Assembly: GCA_951406725.2 (NCBI GenBank)
Contig: OX597825.1
Span: forward strand, 27,714,001 to 27,778,000
Source: Octopus vulgaris
Taxonomy: Eukaryota
Reading direction: 5' to 3'
DNA length: 64,000 nucleotides
The notes under the pieces were generated by a model. It worked only from the letters and a program-made list of their open reading frames with translations. It did not search any database and was not told the DNA's origin. Of the stretch, positions 29,371-43,890 are shown piece by piece. How positions within the stretch are numbered: the first letter of the stretch is position 1; the number at the start of each line of letters is the position of its first letter. The translations under genes and the position numbers were made by a program.

Positions 29371-30045
29371 GTCACCATCTCTCAGTTCTTATTTGGTGCC
29401 TATATGTACACATATATGTGTGCATATTCTGTGTGTGTGTCTTAATACATACATGTAGGCATGCACACAGACGCTTATGGCTATATATTTATTTATCTAT
29501 CTCCCTCTGTCTCCGTGTATATATATATATATATATATCCTGTATATTTTTTATGCAGAATTGGACCACTTCTACGGTTGTGATCTACAAGAGTTCAGCT
29601 TTGAAGACACTTGACTAATCCGTCAGAGACGTATCTGAAAGTGATTTAAGAAATGTTTGCCTCCTTTAACCGAGACGAGTGTATAATAAAGATGTTTTCA
29701 TTAATTATTCACTCAATTGTTTTCATGCATTTAGTGTTTTAATATTGAATCATACACGAATCTTTGGCTGAATCGGTAACCCACCGACTACAAAGTTATG
29801 TGATACTTTCTTACTTTGCTTTATATTCCTATTTCAAATCCCACAAACGCTGAATTTCCCGCCATATTCTTCCCTTGGATTCTATGATATATATGTGTAT
29901 TATTATTATTATTTATAATGGTTTCTTAAAATCAATATGGAAAGAATACGAAGCACATATTAAGAGAAATATTTCAGGAAGGAAGAAATATTCAATAGTA
30001 GATGAGGGACATAATCAAAGGCGTGGGAAAAGTGTGGAAAACCTA

Positions 30046-30089
<44 letters not shown>

Positions 30090-30382
30090 TAAATAGTAAG
30101 AAGGATATTACATGTACAGACTACTCATCTATCTCCATAGCCAAATATATTGATTATATTTTTCACAAAACCACTAATCAAAGCCGTGTAAATCGATTAG
30201 TGTACAGCTATGGCGCCAGACAACTGTTGTGCAGATTATATTGTATTATATCTAATTATATACAAAGACACATATACAAGCTTTTATATGTATATACTTA
30301 TATATATATATATATACATACATACATATGCATACATATATGTACATGTGTGTATTTATACATACATTTATATTTATATATT

Positions 30383-30448
<66 letters not shown>

Positions 30449-31710
30449 TATACATACATATATACCTGTATCTATATAGAAATATATATATACATATATA
30501 TATATTTGTATGTATATATACATATATGTGTATGTATTAATATATATATTTCTGCATACATACTTGTGTCTATGGATGTACATGGTACGTGTGTTTTTGA
30601 AATATGCATATGTAACGTATATTTATAGCTTCTTAGAGATATGGTAAATAGTACATCTATAATAAGTTATACATACAAACAGACAGAAAACTGAGAAATA
30701 ATCAGATAGACAGACAAACATATAGATAGATACATACATACATAAATACAAACATACATACAAACATACATACGTACATACATACGTACACAAATACATA
30801 TCTACATATATAGACTGTCGGTTTAATATGTACAATGAAACTACATATAATTTCAGATACTAACACCCTTGCAGCAACATTTCATGGCGAGGAAAAAAAT
30901 GACATATGTCGCATTCATATGGACATAGTTTTCATTTCTGCACACAGTGTCTCAGTCGTTAGCTTGAGCTTGTAATGTACCATCTAAGAGGAATTATTTC
31001 CATGGCTTCCATTCGCATCTGTAAACTTATTAATTTCTCTTAAATTTCACTCATGCTACATATGTTGTATTTTTTTAGGTTTTTTTTCGTTACACAAACA
31101 TAACCGTATTTATCATTGTTCTATTACAACAGAAGGAAATTGGCAATTTAAGATATAACTGTTTAAGCACTGAGAAAGAAGACATTATGAATTCACCAAC
31201 ATTATGCTAATAACCCAATAAATATCAGTTCTGATATCGTTTTACTCATATACAAGACACCGTACATTATTGGGTTAAATGGAAATTTATGAAAATAATT
31301 CTTTCAAATTTTTTTTTAGGAATTTGCGTCTATGTATGAAGCATGTACTTAATTTAAAAGATATTCATGCACTTGATTCTTTAAAATGCTAATATATGTT
31401 CAACATTGTATAATTAGTCACTCATTTTAGGTTATGATATCCTCACAATATTTTTAATTTCCTGAATAATGTATTGCTAATTTTTTCCTTTTTTGTTTAT
31501 CGGGTTAGTCTGCAATGATTTTTAGTGGTATAAAATATATGAGAACTTAATTCTTTAAAAGAGGAAAGCTTTCATAAATAGAATTAATATAATTATAACT
31601 CAATAACGCAAAACAATAAAAAACAAGCAACCATTCTGGTGTAATTATGAATGAAATAATAAATTTAAACCGAATGCTAAATCGATTTTATTCTACCAAG
31701 ATGTGTGTAT

Positions 31711-32090
31711 GTGGCTGTGTAGTGAGAAGCTTGCTTCTCAACCACATGGTTTCGGGTTCAATCCTACTGCGCGCCAACTTGCGAGAGTGTTTTCTACTAT
31801 ACCCTCGGGCCGACCAAAGCATTGTGAGTGGATTTGGTAGAAGGAAAATGGAAGAAAAGGAAAAGTATATATATGTCTGTGTGTGTGTGTATGTGTATTT
31901 GTGTGTCTGTGTCTGCCACCCCTCCCAACCATCGCTTGACAAGTGATGTCGGTATATTTACGTCCAGAACTACCGGTTCGGCTAAAGATACTGGTAGGAT
32001 AATACTACGCTTACAAAGAATAAAACCTGGAGTCGATTTGTTTGACTAATGACGCTGCCCCAGCACAGCTGTAGTAAACTGACTGAAACA
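31711..32090 (+). mobile_element. SINE family A, diverged copy
   Basis: Colinear with the reverse complement of 7107-7510. Confidence 0.85.
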
Positions 32091-32152
32091 ATATTTACAT
32101 TATTTACATCATTTATATTCGACGGATATTTGTACTCATCTTGTTTGTTGTT

Positions 32153-32198
32153 AACACAACGTTTCAGTTGATATACCCTCCAGCCTTCTTCAGGTGTC
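32153..32198 (-). ncRNA. Minimal type I hammerhead-like motif in a PLE-type remnant
   Basis: Reverse complement: GACAC-CTGAAGA-AGGCTG gagggtatat CAACT-GAAAC-GTT-GTGTT. Helix III is a palindromic AACGTT and helix II has mismatches. Confidence 0.65.
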
Positions 32199-32311
32199 TC
32201 TGGGAAATTTCGACCAGGAAACCCTAGGTAGCCGCATTAACAAGGTCTGCATTTTTCATTATCACATTATATTTATTCTTTTCGCTGACCAATGGTCTTC
32301 TTCCTATACAA

Positions 32312-32342
<31 letters not shown>

Positions 32343-32499
32343 CATACATACCTATATATAATTTCAGAGACTAACCCTGTTCCAGTGACAAATATATATA
32401 TATATATATCATACATACATATACAAACACACGCAGACACACACACATACACACACACACTCATACACACATATATATATATGTATATGTATATATATG

Positions 32500-32532
<33 letters not shown>

Positions 32533-32533
32533 G

Positions 32534-32620
<87 letters not shown>

Positions 32621-33225
32621 CAGGTATGTATTGAATAGTAAATAAAAATTAAATTTCCAAGCAGCTAAATATGTTCAATAGATTCTTAGGTAAATGCAGT
32701 TATATTTACTTATTTTAACCATTTCCAGTTTTAATTATAATTCTTTGATCATTTAATTAAACCACCAAAAGCCAACTTCGCCATTTCTCTTGACATTTTT
32801 TTTTACGTAAAAATGAAGAAACACCGAAAATTTATTGGCAATTACGGTTTAATCAGTAACATAAAAGAAGTGATATCGATTTGGTATCGGTTATTACAGT
32901 AATTATAGGCGACCATAGCAATATCCTTTGATAAATGATACGATTATTTTCAATGAAATTATATCGATTTTACATATTGATGAGAAATAAAGCTTATAAA
33001 ACTAAATAATCATACGTATTTGATTTAAAATGGTGTCAAAAACAATTGATTTTAAGAGATAGTTAGTGGGCGGAGGATGTGTAATAACAAAAATAAACAC
33101 ACATAGCGATGAAGTATTCGGTTGCGCAGTAAGAAGCAGAAACTGAAACCTATTTATCTGTATATGTAGATATTAAATATATTCCTCTATATGTGTATAT
33201 ATGTGTGTTTATATGTATATATATG

Positions 33226-33283
<58 letters not shown>

Positions 33284-33441
33284 CACTCACACACACACAC
33301 ATATATATATACATACATATATACATATAAATGCTGAGACAGACATATAGACAAAAGGGGATGTGGGTGTCTGAATACTGTAAAAGTTTGTCATCTTCAA
33401 ATAATAATTGACTTCTATCAATCTCTCACTCATTCTCTCTG

Positions 33442-33583
<142 letters not shown>

Positions 33584-33634
33584 AATTTGTGTAACAGTGT
33601 ATAGAATAATGCCTCCGCTGAATAAAGTTTAAGC

Positions 33635-34138
33635 GTTGTCTGGTTTTCACGTTTTCTATTCTATTTTTAAAAAATTTTACAATATTAAAGTTAAACATTA
33701 AAAACTATTTTGTAATGCTCATAAATTAGATTAGTGCTTTCATAATGTTTCAAAATGTTTTTAACTGACAGTTGAGTTCTAGACAACTGTAGTATAGTGA
33801 CTGACTTGTGCCTTTTTACCTCTCTTAGAAGGCTTAAAGAAACTGAATTTTTCGAATACGGTTTTGATCAGACCGCATGAGACTTAAACAACATGATTTT
33901 TTCCGGGCTCAGTGATTGGTGATCCCGGCAAAAAACTGCCAAGAACTCAACTATCAGTTAAAAAACATTTTGAAATCTAATGATTACTACAAGCGTATGC
34001 AAGCGCTAATTGAACATTATGCACATTACAAAATATTTTTTTGATGTCTAACACTCTTCTACATTGCAAAAATATTTAAAAAAATTAATGCAATAATAAA
34101 AAACTTGAAAATCATACCAATGTTTTAACTTGATTCCA

Positions 34139-34142
<4 letters not shown>
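33635..34142. mobile_element. Degenerate long-TIR MITE or fold-back
   Basis: tttcaaaatgtttttaactgacagttgagttct (~33748-33780) pairs with agaactcaactatcagttaaaaaacattttgaaa (~33942-33975). Weaker complementarity extends outward toward flanking (TA)n. Confidence 0.6.
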
Positions 34143-34172
<30 letters not shown>

Positions 34173-34396
34173 AGCAGACAGTCAGCCAGGCACACAGGCA
34201 GACAGACAGATAGATAGATAAATAGGTTTTTTGTATGCATTTATGTATGACTTTGCGTGAATGTGTGTAGGTATATCGCCAACGCTACAACAAATGCCCG
34301 TGCGAATGGTTTTCTATAAGTTTCATTATTATTCTCAAAGGCGGCATTACAGGTTGACACTGTATTCATGTCTAGAACAAAGAAGTCTTATAATAC

Positions 34397-34473
<77 letters not shown>

Positions 34474-34797
34474 GTTTATATGTACACGTATATATTAAAA
34501 CCACGTTTTTTTCTCCATTAGTCATAAGAAGTAAATGTCATGAGGATGATTCCCAAGCTTCCGTTTATGATATTTTTTCTCTCTCGTGGGGGGTCTTATT
34601 ATCATCTGCAGATACCATAATTTTGAACATGCTGAATCTAAAAAGAAACACAAATATACTTCAAAAAACCATTTCCATGCGTTTACTTATTTCTTTAGAA
34701 CTCCAAACAACCGCTAGGGAAGACTCTCGCTACCAGAAACCGACATGTGAAACACTGTCTTATATTTTTCGTTTCAAAGCGTTCCGAGTTTTCTTCC

Positions 34798-35185
34798 AGT
34801 GGAGGCGCAATAGCCCAGTGGTTAGAGCAGCGGACTCGCGGTCATAGGATCGCGGTTTCGATTCCCAGACCGGGCGTTGTGAGTGTTTATTGAGCGAAAA
34901 CACCTAAAATTCCACGAGGCTCCGGCAGGGATGGTGGTGATCCCTGCTGTACTCTTTCACCACAACTTTCTCTCACTCTTACTTCCTGTTTCTGATGTAC
35001 CTGTATTTCAAAGGGCCGGCCTTGTCACTCTCTGTGTCACGCTGAATATCCCCGAGAACTACGTTAAGGGTACACGTGTCTGTGGAGTGCTCAGCCACTT
35101 ACACGTTAATTTCACGAGCAGGCTGTTCCGTTGATTCGGATCAACCGGAACCCTCATCGTCGTTACCGACGGAGTGCTTCCATCC
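34798..35185 (+). mobile_element. tRNA(Arg-like)-derived SINE family C with an 11-bp TSD
   Basis: Head ggaggcgcaatagcccagtggttagagcagcggactcgcgg...ggtttcgattcc with A and B boxes. TSD agttttcttcc at 34787-34797 and 35186-35196. Confidence 0.88.
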
Positions 35186-36289
35186 AGTTTTCTTCCTAAC
35201 TCTCTGTATGTTTGTTTGTCTATATATCTATCTACCTATCTTTCTATCCATCGATCGATCTACGAATCATGTTTTTATTTGACTTCTAATATTCTGTTTG
35301 TTAAGTCGTGTTTTCGATCAAATAGTATTATACGTAGGTATGTCCGGTCATTACAAACACAGGCACTTGTTTCAGTTTAACTCCCTCATTGTTTGCCAAT
35401 TGTCAATTGGTTATTTAGTTATGCAACAAGGTATTCCATTGCTTACTTAATTACTCGCTTAGTTAGTCAATGTTCGCCAAAGTCCTTTTGTCGCCATTCG
35501 TAAAGTTAATTATGTGTGTATGTGTGTGTCTGCGTAGGTGTGTGTGTGCACATATAGCGATTTTGTCGATGAAACCAACTCAAGTACTTGACTTGTGTTT
35601 GCTTTGTTCGCCAGATGAATTAGCGCAGGGCTTTGAACTTAGAAATTAAACTATTGTTACTAAATAATGCTTAACATGCAATTCGAGGATCTGTCTATTC
35701 TAAACGCAAACACACACACACACGCACACACATATATACACACATACACAAATATGCATATACATCTACTTTCAGGTATATTCATACAGCTAAGTATTAT
35801 ATCAATGTTAGGTTTCTTCTTACTAGAGGCTTTGAAATCATTATTAACGCATCGTGATATATCTTACCGGTTAGGGGAAATAAATCTGAATATGATTCTG
35901 AAAGAATTTTCAAACATCCGTTTCTTTTACTCCCTCAATGAGATATCAATTTGTAACACGTGATGCAACTCGTCAATAATTCTCTTTGAATTGAAATAAA
36001 CGGAGGAAAGGATATTTGAAAGTGATTGTGTTTTCTGTGATAAGATTTTAATGGATCAGAATCTATGCATTAGGACCGTTATTTTCATGGAAATAAGCCC
36101 TTTTGTAGTTAGTAGAAAGGAGCAATACTTCGACGATCGAGATATAGAGATATATGAAAATACAGAAGGAAATGGTGGAAGACGTCGTAGATGAAAGGGT
36201 TTGACAGAAAGTAGCTGGGGAAAAATAAAGGAAAAATGGAGAGAGAGAATGGGAGGAGGAGAAAGACAAAAGGGGAAAAGAAGAGGGAA

Positions 36290-36443
36290 TGATGATAAAA
36301 ATAATCATAATAATACTAATAATTATAATTATAAGGCGAAGAAGATGATGATAATGATGAAGAAGAAGAAGAATGATGATGATGAGGAGGAGGAGGAGGA
36401 AGAGGCAGAGAAGAAGGAGGAGGGAAGAAGAAGAAGATGGAGA

Positions 36444-36500
<57 letters not shown>

Positions 36501-36678
36501 CTGATGATGATGATGATGACGACGACGACAACGACAACGTGGATGAGTAGGAGAAGGAAGAGAAGGAGGGAATAAAAAAAAGAAGAAGAAGAAGAAGAAG
36601 AAGAAGAAGAAGAAAAAGAAGAAGAAGAAGCAGAAGAAGAAGTAGAAGAAGAAGAAGAAGAAGAAGAAGAAGAAGAAG

Positions 36679-36710
<32 letters not shown>

Positions 36711-36780
36711 GAAGAAGATACGATTAAGAATGACGAGAAGGGGAAATTGTGGAGGAGGAGGAGAAGAAGAAGGAACATTA
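36290..36780. repeat. Compound trinucleotide microsatellite (GAT/GAC/GAA/GAG)
   Basis: Directly visible arrays. Confidence 0.95.
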
Positions 36781-38144
36781 TAAAGAAAAAATAGCAAAGA
36801 CTACTAACGAGACTTGGGAAGCGACTACGAAGAATACGGAGAATAAGAATCAATGCATGAATAACAGAATAAAGTATTTCATCGCGATAAGGGTCTAGCA
36901 ATTCCATGAGCATATTGCAGAATTAAGATATGGTTTAAAACCACATCTGATCCTTCCGGGCAACCATTATATTCACTCATCCTTTTATTGTGGTGTCATT
37001 AATTTTCAGCCTAATTTCCCACAAAGCATTTTGTTGTTTTAATTTTTTTTCTCCTTATTGTTCAGAAGTGGTGTCCTCTTTCTTCACATCTTAATCTCTT
37101 TCAAGTTCAGTTTTAAAAACAAAAATAAATAAATAACATAAAATAAAATGAATGGAAATAAATAAATAAATAAATAAATAAATATTAAAAACTGAAATCG
37201 GAAGCCTTCATTGAACCTGAATTCTTTTTTTTACGTATTTTATTTTAAACATTTGTCTTTTGTTATATTTGTAAAATGAAGCATGACCGGTTTCACATGG
37301 TCAGTTTTCTTGTAATGAGCTGTTTATTCGAATGTCAAAGGGTTACTCTTAATATCTCAACCAAAGACTTGCTGCTGATAATTTTGTGGGAAACTCACAG
37401 TTCTATATGTATGTGTACGCTTTCGTTAGTAAAAAGTGCATGTGTGTGTTTGTGTGTCTATCTGTATGCTTGTGTGTGCCTTTGTATCTTTCCCTGTGCG
37501 TACGTGTGCGTATTGCTTCTACTTTATAATTTGTTTTTGTTTAATAATATTGATCAAATTGAAAGCTATCTTAGAATCTAAATTCGAATATCAACGAAAT
37601 GATAAGGCATCTGGCAATTTTATTGCGTCATTACTGAACACCTCAAAAATTCCTTGATTGTGATATTCCATTCCGGTCTTTATTCTACGTTTATTTATTT
37701 TGTTCTTCTTTTCTTTATACAGATATAAAAAATAAAGAAATAAAATAACACATACACTGACGTATACAAGTAAACTTGACTCTCGGAACAAACAGCACAT
37801 TGTACATCGGCTAGCCCGTTTGCCCCCTCCCCCCATGTGTTCGTATCAACTGCCGGAAATAGCAGCGAAAGGAACGTTCGAATCATGTTCTGCCAGTCGT
37901 AGAACTGAACTAAAATTTAATAACAAATGATGTATTTGATATTTTAAATTACAATAAGGAAATGGCGTTGGTCATTGATTTTCTTAGCTTAAGGTTGGAC
38001 AATGCGTATATTTTTTCATATACGGAGGTAAACAGCGTGTAATCATTAGAGTAATTAGAAATAAATACACACTTTTTCAAATATCCCACAACAATGAGAG
38101 AGAACACATTAAAAGAGAGAGAGAGAACATATTAAAAAAATAGT

Positions 38145-38374
38145 TATTTCTTTATTGCCCACAAGGGGCTAAACATAGAGGAGACAAACAAAGACAGACA
38201 AAGGGATTAAGTCGATTACATCGACTCCAGTGCGTAACAGGTACTTTATTTATCGACCCCGAAAGGATGAAAGGCAAATTCGACCTCGGCGGAATTTGAT
38301 CTCAGAACGTAACGGCAGACGAAATACTGCTACGCTTTTCGCCCGGCATGCTAACGATTCTGCCAGCTCGCCGC
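38145..38374 (-). mobile_element. SINE family B, full length
   Basis: Colinear with 22190-22408. A more degraded copy follows at ~38480-38645. Confidence 0.9.
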
Positions 38375-38737
38375 TTAAAATATAATCTCAGAAAAATCAT
38401 TCTGAAAATCATAAAAATAACAATGTCATAGATGCAATACACTTGATTACAGGGTGGGCAGTTTTTCAGGGAAAGGGGAATTGAATACATCGATTCCAGT
38501 ATTTGACTGTTAAGCATTCCATTGACCGCGAGCAGTTATGAAAAATAAAGTGGTTCTCGGTGGTATTTGATGTCAGAACAAAATGACACGAATTGCCGCT
38601 AAGCATTTTCGGCGGCGTGTGAACGATTCTATCAGCTCACCGTCTTTATACTATTGTTATATTTTGGGTGCGAAATAAACACATGTACTATATATTCGTT
38701 CTTCACGTGACTATTACTGTTCTTGTCTTATGTCTTT

Positions 38738-38780
38738 GTCTGGAAATCTTTCATCACACAGTTGTGACCTCTTCAGCGAC
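38738..38780 (-). ncRNA. Degenerate minimal hammerhead-like motif
   Basis: Reverse complement: GTCG-CTGAAGA-G-GTCACA actg TGTGAT-GAAA-GAT-TTC-CAGAC. The core and helix II are intact; helices I and III are imperfect. Confidence 0.5.
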
Positions 38781-39954
38781 TTTCCATTCCAGGTGTCTTC
38801 TCCTGTTCCCGTTAGCACATTCTGAATGAAAGTAAATCTATTCCGATATGTTTAAATTGACTACACGTTTGCCCATTGTTTGTTGTAGCCTGCCCTCACA
38901 ATTAAAAGATTCTCTATCTTACATGACTCTACTTTAAATGACACCGAGGTAACAGCTTAATAAACCCACTTTTCTGTATTTATATAAGAGACAGTTATAC
39001 ATTTTTTATTGATATATTATAGGACTTTTTACAGGTTTGTGGGCAACAAATACTTAGTGGTTTTAAGTAAATTCCTTCCCCGCCTTCATAATTGCCTTCT
39101 AGTTTTGACTTTAACAGTAAAGCGAATTATATAACAAGTCCTTCTTACGGCTGTTTAATATAACTTCCCTGAGAACGGTTTACAAGAAACCTCATGGGGT
39201 GTAGTTTGATATTTGCAGCTACCAACTGACTGTCCATACATAGATTACAATTTAGTTGAAAGGAGATAAATTTTACGTAAACATTATTATATCTAATAGA
39301 AATAATTCATTTCAATATATTACAATTTCTCATATCATTGGATGCAAAAACCATTATATCGTAACGCAGGCTAAATCCCTGTTATATGTACAAGGAATGA
39401 TATTCCAATTCGAATTTGATATGAGATTTAGGGTGCTTCATATAAAATATAGCAGCAAGTTTAATTAAAGTTTGCAATAGTCCTTGGCATTTTGCGTCAG
39501 CTTGCTAACAAGCACATTGCGCTCGCCTTGGTGTAATTAAAGGAAACCTGTCTATATACAACAGTGAATGAGTTATAGCTTAGAAGAAGCCAGTTATATT
39601 GATAATCTCGTTATCCTCAGAATTAAACCTTGTTAATGCACGGAAGGCACAAGATTCAGAGTGGATGTCAGCTCATTCAAACGTTACGTGCAACACTTTA
39701 ATGAATTACTGGATATTCCGCTAGGAACTGACAATAAGCCTTTTTATATTTACCGTATGAAAGTCTGCAATATGTATATAGTGTTCCTATCCACAAAATC
39801 TTCACTTTCTATCCTCTGAAGATGTAATATTAGTGCACGGTTGAAGTAATAAAATGTCACATAACCATGTCAATTTGATTATATAATATTCGGCAACGAA
39901 AGATTGCTACATGTGTGATTCACCTTATATATATATATTTATATATATACCTTG

Positions 39955-40290
39955 TTGGGGGTCAGGGACCATGGGTTCATGATGCATCATCTCTCTCCTT
40001 CTCTTCCTACATTTTGATATGTTTGTGCATTCAGCCAAAGTTCTTCTCCTATCGTTTTATATCCAGCTAACGCTGTCTCGGCTTCGTATATCTCGTTTCC
40101 CATTTACGCTTCACCCTTGGATGTGACTGCCGAAGTTCTAGGCCTTAATCCCCGTACCCAAAATACTGCAGTTTTATTTTCATCACAATCACCAAACGTT
40201 CACTTTTTATTCCTGTCTCAACAGTTACAGATTCACTTCTTCCATATAAGCCTAGTTCATCCTTGCTGTTTTCCGATTCCTCTCCAACAA
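39955..40290 (-). mobile_element. Degenerate RTE-like LINE 3' end
   Basis: The minus strand shows GKREIRSR-type coding remnants and ends ...catcatgaacccatggtcc, resembling RTE termini. Heavily decayed. Confidence 0.4.
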
Positions 40291-41793
40291 ATGCAAACAC
40301 ATACGCAAGTATATAAGTACGTATGTATGTATGTATGTATGTATGTATGTATGTATGTATGTATGTATGTATGTATGTATGAGTGTGTATATATTATGCA
40401 TGTGTGCATGTGTGTATACGTGGGTGGGTATATTGTCTGTTTCTTTTAAAAATTAGATACGTGTTTCGGTTATACTTTTAGCGAAAAATATATTTTAACA
40501 TGGATGAATTGCAACAGTTTGAACATTCGTTTTCAGAACATTTAGCAGTTGAATTGATTTTCGAATAGTTGGATAATAATGAACCAGATTTTCAAATAAA
40601 GCAGATAATTTCCAAATAAAATTATAATTTCCCTAAAACGTACCGATATTAATGGAATGTTTCAGTAAGTTTCATTAATTTTATCAACGAAATATGGACC
40701 TTTAATGGTTAACTTAATGTATAACAGAAGGGCTTTTGACAAGTGAATAATATTTGAATACCGTTATAAATATACCCACGCAGGGTTTAGTAACTTCATG
40801 AAAGCAAAGAAGATATAATGTTAAATAAAAGACAATGATTTTTTTTTTTTAGTTAATGCTGTGGATTCATTGATTTTAAATCCAAAATTAAAAACAGGAA
40901 ATAATAACTGAATTAAATATGAGTGGATAAAGGAAAATGCAATTTAATATTGCCTGTGTACAATATCTTTCATGTATTAAGATCAAATGGTAAATGATTC
41001 TAGATATGCATCTAGCTACTCCTCGAAATATTTAATCGAAAACTTTAGGTTACTTGTTTATATACAGACCTTTCAATATATATAATTTAGTAAAGGTAAT
41101 ATGAAATCGAACATAAAAGACAAATCTATTGACGCAAGACACCTTTGATGACCGATCAGTTTCTTAACCAAAAGAAGCTACATTGCTGGAAAGAAGCTAC
41201 CTTGCTGGAAAGAAGCACAGTAACATTAACCCCAAAGGGGTGAGACGTTACCTCAGGTGCGTTAGGGTCGTCAGAAGGTTGTGTTGCATCAAAGAGGTAG
41301 GGATTCTTTCTACTTAACATGAATATACATAGACAAGTTAGACTGGCGACATTCTTCATATTGATTTTCCTCCTGGTTTTCCTCACCAGAATGTCACGAT
41401 CGAAGAAAAACGGGAATATTTTAAAGGCACAGGATATTATCCAATTTCGGAATTGTAAAATTTTGCTTTTGCAGGCATCAAGGTGTAAACCAAAATAATT
41501 ATCATTGTTAATGAAGGTTACTGTTACCAACTCATAGGTCGGCAATACCTTGACAACCACTTCTGGATGAGTCGTAGTTTTAATAATCTTTGAAATGTTT
41601 GGCAAAAAACCAGCAGGTTTTGTAGGGAGGAATAAGATTCGTATTCATTTTATTGACCATTAAAGTATGAAAAACGAAGTGACTCGCGCAGCATTTGAAC
41701 TCAGAATGTAAAGTGCGAAGCAATGCTGCAAGTCATGTTGATCAACGTATTCGCGATTCTCTCTCTCTCTCTCCACACAAATGCATACAAATT

Positions 41794-41907
<114 letters not shown>

Positions 41908-41908
41908 C

Positions 41909-41974
<66 letters not shown>

Positions 41975-41997
41975 ATAGATAGATATGTGTGTGTATA

Positions 41998-42056
41998 AGG
42001 CGGTGCTCCAGCATGGCGACAGTCAAATGACTGAAACAAACAAAAGAATAAAAGAA
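41998..42056 (+). mobile_element. Solo SINE-A / LINE 3' tail
   Basis: aggcggtgctccagcatggcgacagtcaaatgactgaaacaaacaaaagaataaaagaa. Confidence 0.8.
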
Positions 42057-42703
42057 TATTTATTTCTAAATCTCTTCCTAAATCTCCTCCATTGATAACA
42101 GTAAAGAAAATAGAAAGTATTGATAAAGTTAATTCTAATATTGAATTTAAATGATGCCAAGGCATTAATTTCCTTGTCTCTAGCTCGTCAATTGTTCTAC
42201 TGCTGAGAGAGGAAGAGAAAGAAAGAAGAAAATTAAATCAATCTTATATATTCGAAAATGTTTTAAATATTCTGTATTATATGCAGAAGGCCCGGAGTTT
42301 TAGGGGAAAGGTTTAGTCGAATACATCAACCACAATCCTTATTTTATCGACCCGATCAGATGAAACGGAAAATCAACCTCGGTGACACGTAAAAATTAAT
42401 ATTAAATATCAAATATTGAAAAAGAAATTGCGTGGAATTATCGGCAGTGCACATCGGAAGGGAAGTAACTCCGTATGTCGTGTTATTTCACATATTCTAT
42501 AAGTTCATTGGGTGTTCTTTTTAATATTATTCATTATCGACAAAAGAACAAACGAATATTACTGGAAACTATACCTCTGCCTTAGAATAATAATAATAGT
42601 AGTAATTTCTTACGCAATATTATGACTGTTTATTGACACTAATATCTTATGCACAAATGTTTGGAACAGAAGGTGAAATATATATATATGTACATGAATA
42701 TAT

Positions 42704-42798
<95 letters not shown>

Positions 42799-43587
42799 CA
42801 CACACATATATATATATATACATATATATATATGTATATATACATATATATATATACATATATACATACATATACATATATATATATATACATGTAAAAG
42901 GAGAGAGAGTGAAAGAGAGAGATAGATAGATATATATAGATATATAAAACTATACACATATTCATAAGAATAAATACATAATATATACATACACATATAC
43001 ATACTTTATAAAACATCGCAAGAATTCATCAATTCATTCCAACGACCTTATCTACGAAATCTTTATTTTGCGCACTACATTGTAAGGAGAAACACTGCAA
43101 AAGTATATATATATAAAAAAAATAATAGTTCGGTATCAAAGTAGCATTGACCATTTTGTTTCCCTTCTTTCTATGTATAAGGGAAAATATTTTTTGTCTT
43201 TTCAAGTTTTGTAATTCAAGCGCAATAGAAAATGCTTCAAATAAAACAGATTGTACATTGTCGTAAATGCTTTCTTCGCTTTTTGCATTTAGATTCATAT
43301 TTTTTGGCAATTTCATACAAGATCATTGGTGATGTTCTTTAAGCCATAGAATTAGGGTATTCCCAGATGTCGAACATATATTGTGTTGCACAAACACACT
43401 GAATGGAATTACAAGATATCTAGTTTCACAGAAATAAGACAGGGGAAATGATAACGCTCAACGCGTGTTGTGGCTTCGTTGTTTCGTTCGTACGTTATGC
43501 TCTGCAAACAGCATGAACCAAAATTTACTCTTTGACACATGATAAATAAATACATACACACACACACACACACACACAGATATATAC

Positions 43588-43624
<37 letters not shown>

Positions 43625-43661
43625 CGCACATGTAAATATAGCATGAAGTATGTTTGCACTT

Positions 43662-43890
43662 AAATATGGCTAACTCTTAATTGTGGATGCTACTGTAGCT
43701 TGTAGCCCCAGGAAGTCATCTCCTCCAGCTGGTTGTTGACACACTCTCTGCGCCCTATCAGTATTTGCAAAGGGTGTCTTACTGGGGCTAGAAGCTACAG
43801 TAGCATCCAGCCTTAAGAGTTAGACATATTTCTTCCCGGTGTTGTGCAGCTACTGTTTATACCTCGCTGAGAGATTTCTTCGTTTGATAT
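43662..43890 (+). mobile_element. Fold-back element with one-sided tail
   Basis: Arms 43662-~43722 and ~43772-43831 (taactcttaa..ggatgctactgtagctt.tagcccca / tggggctagaagctacagtagcatcc..ttaagagtta). A 55-nt tail runs into atatat. Confidence 0.72.

Noticed and set aside
34801-34875. tRNA-Arg-like sequence (also 55977-56050)
   Set aside because: It continues into a SINE body with TSDs and has no proper acceptor stem, so it is a SINE head and not a tRNA gene.
39810-39930. ctgaagatg... segment ending ttcaccttatatat
   Set aside because: Suggestive of a decayed PLE end, but there is no pairable ribozyme and no inverted arm.
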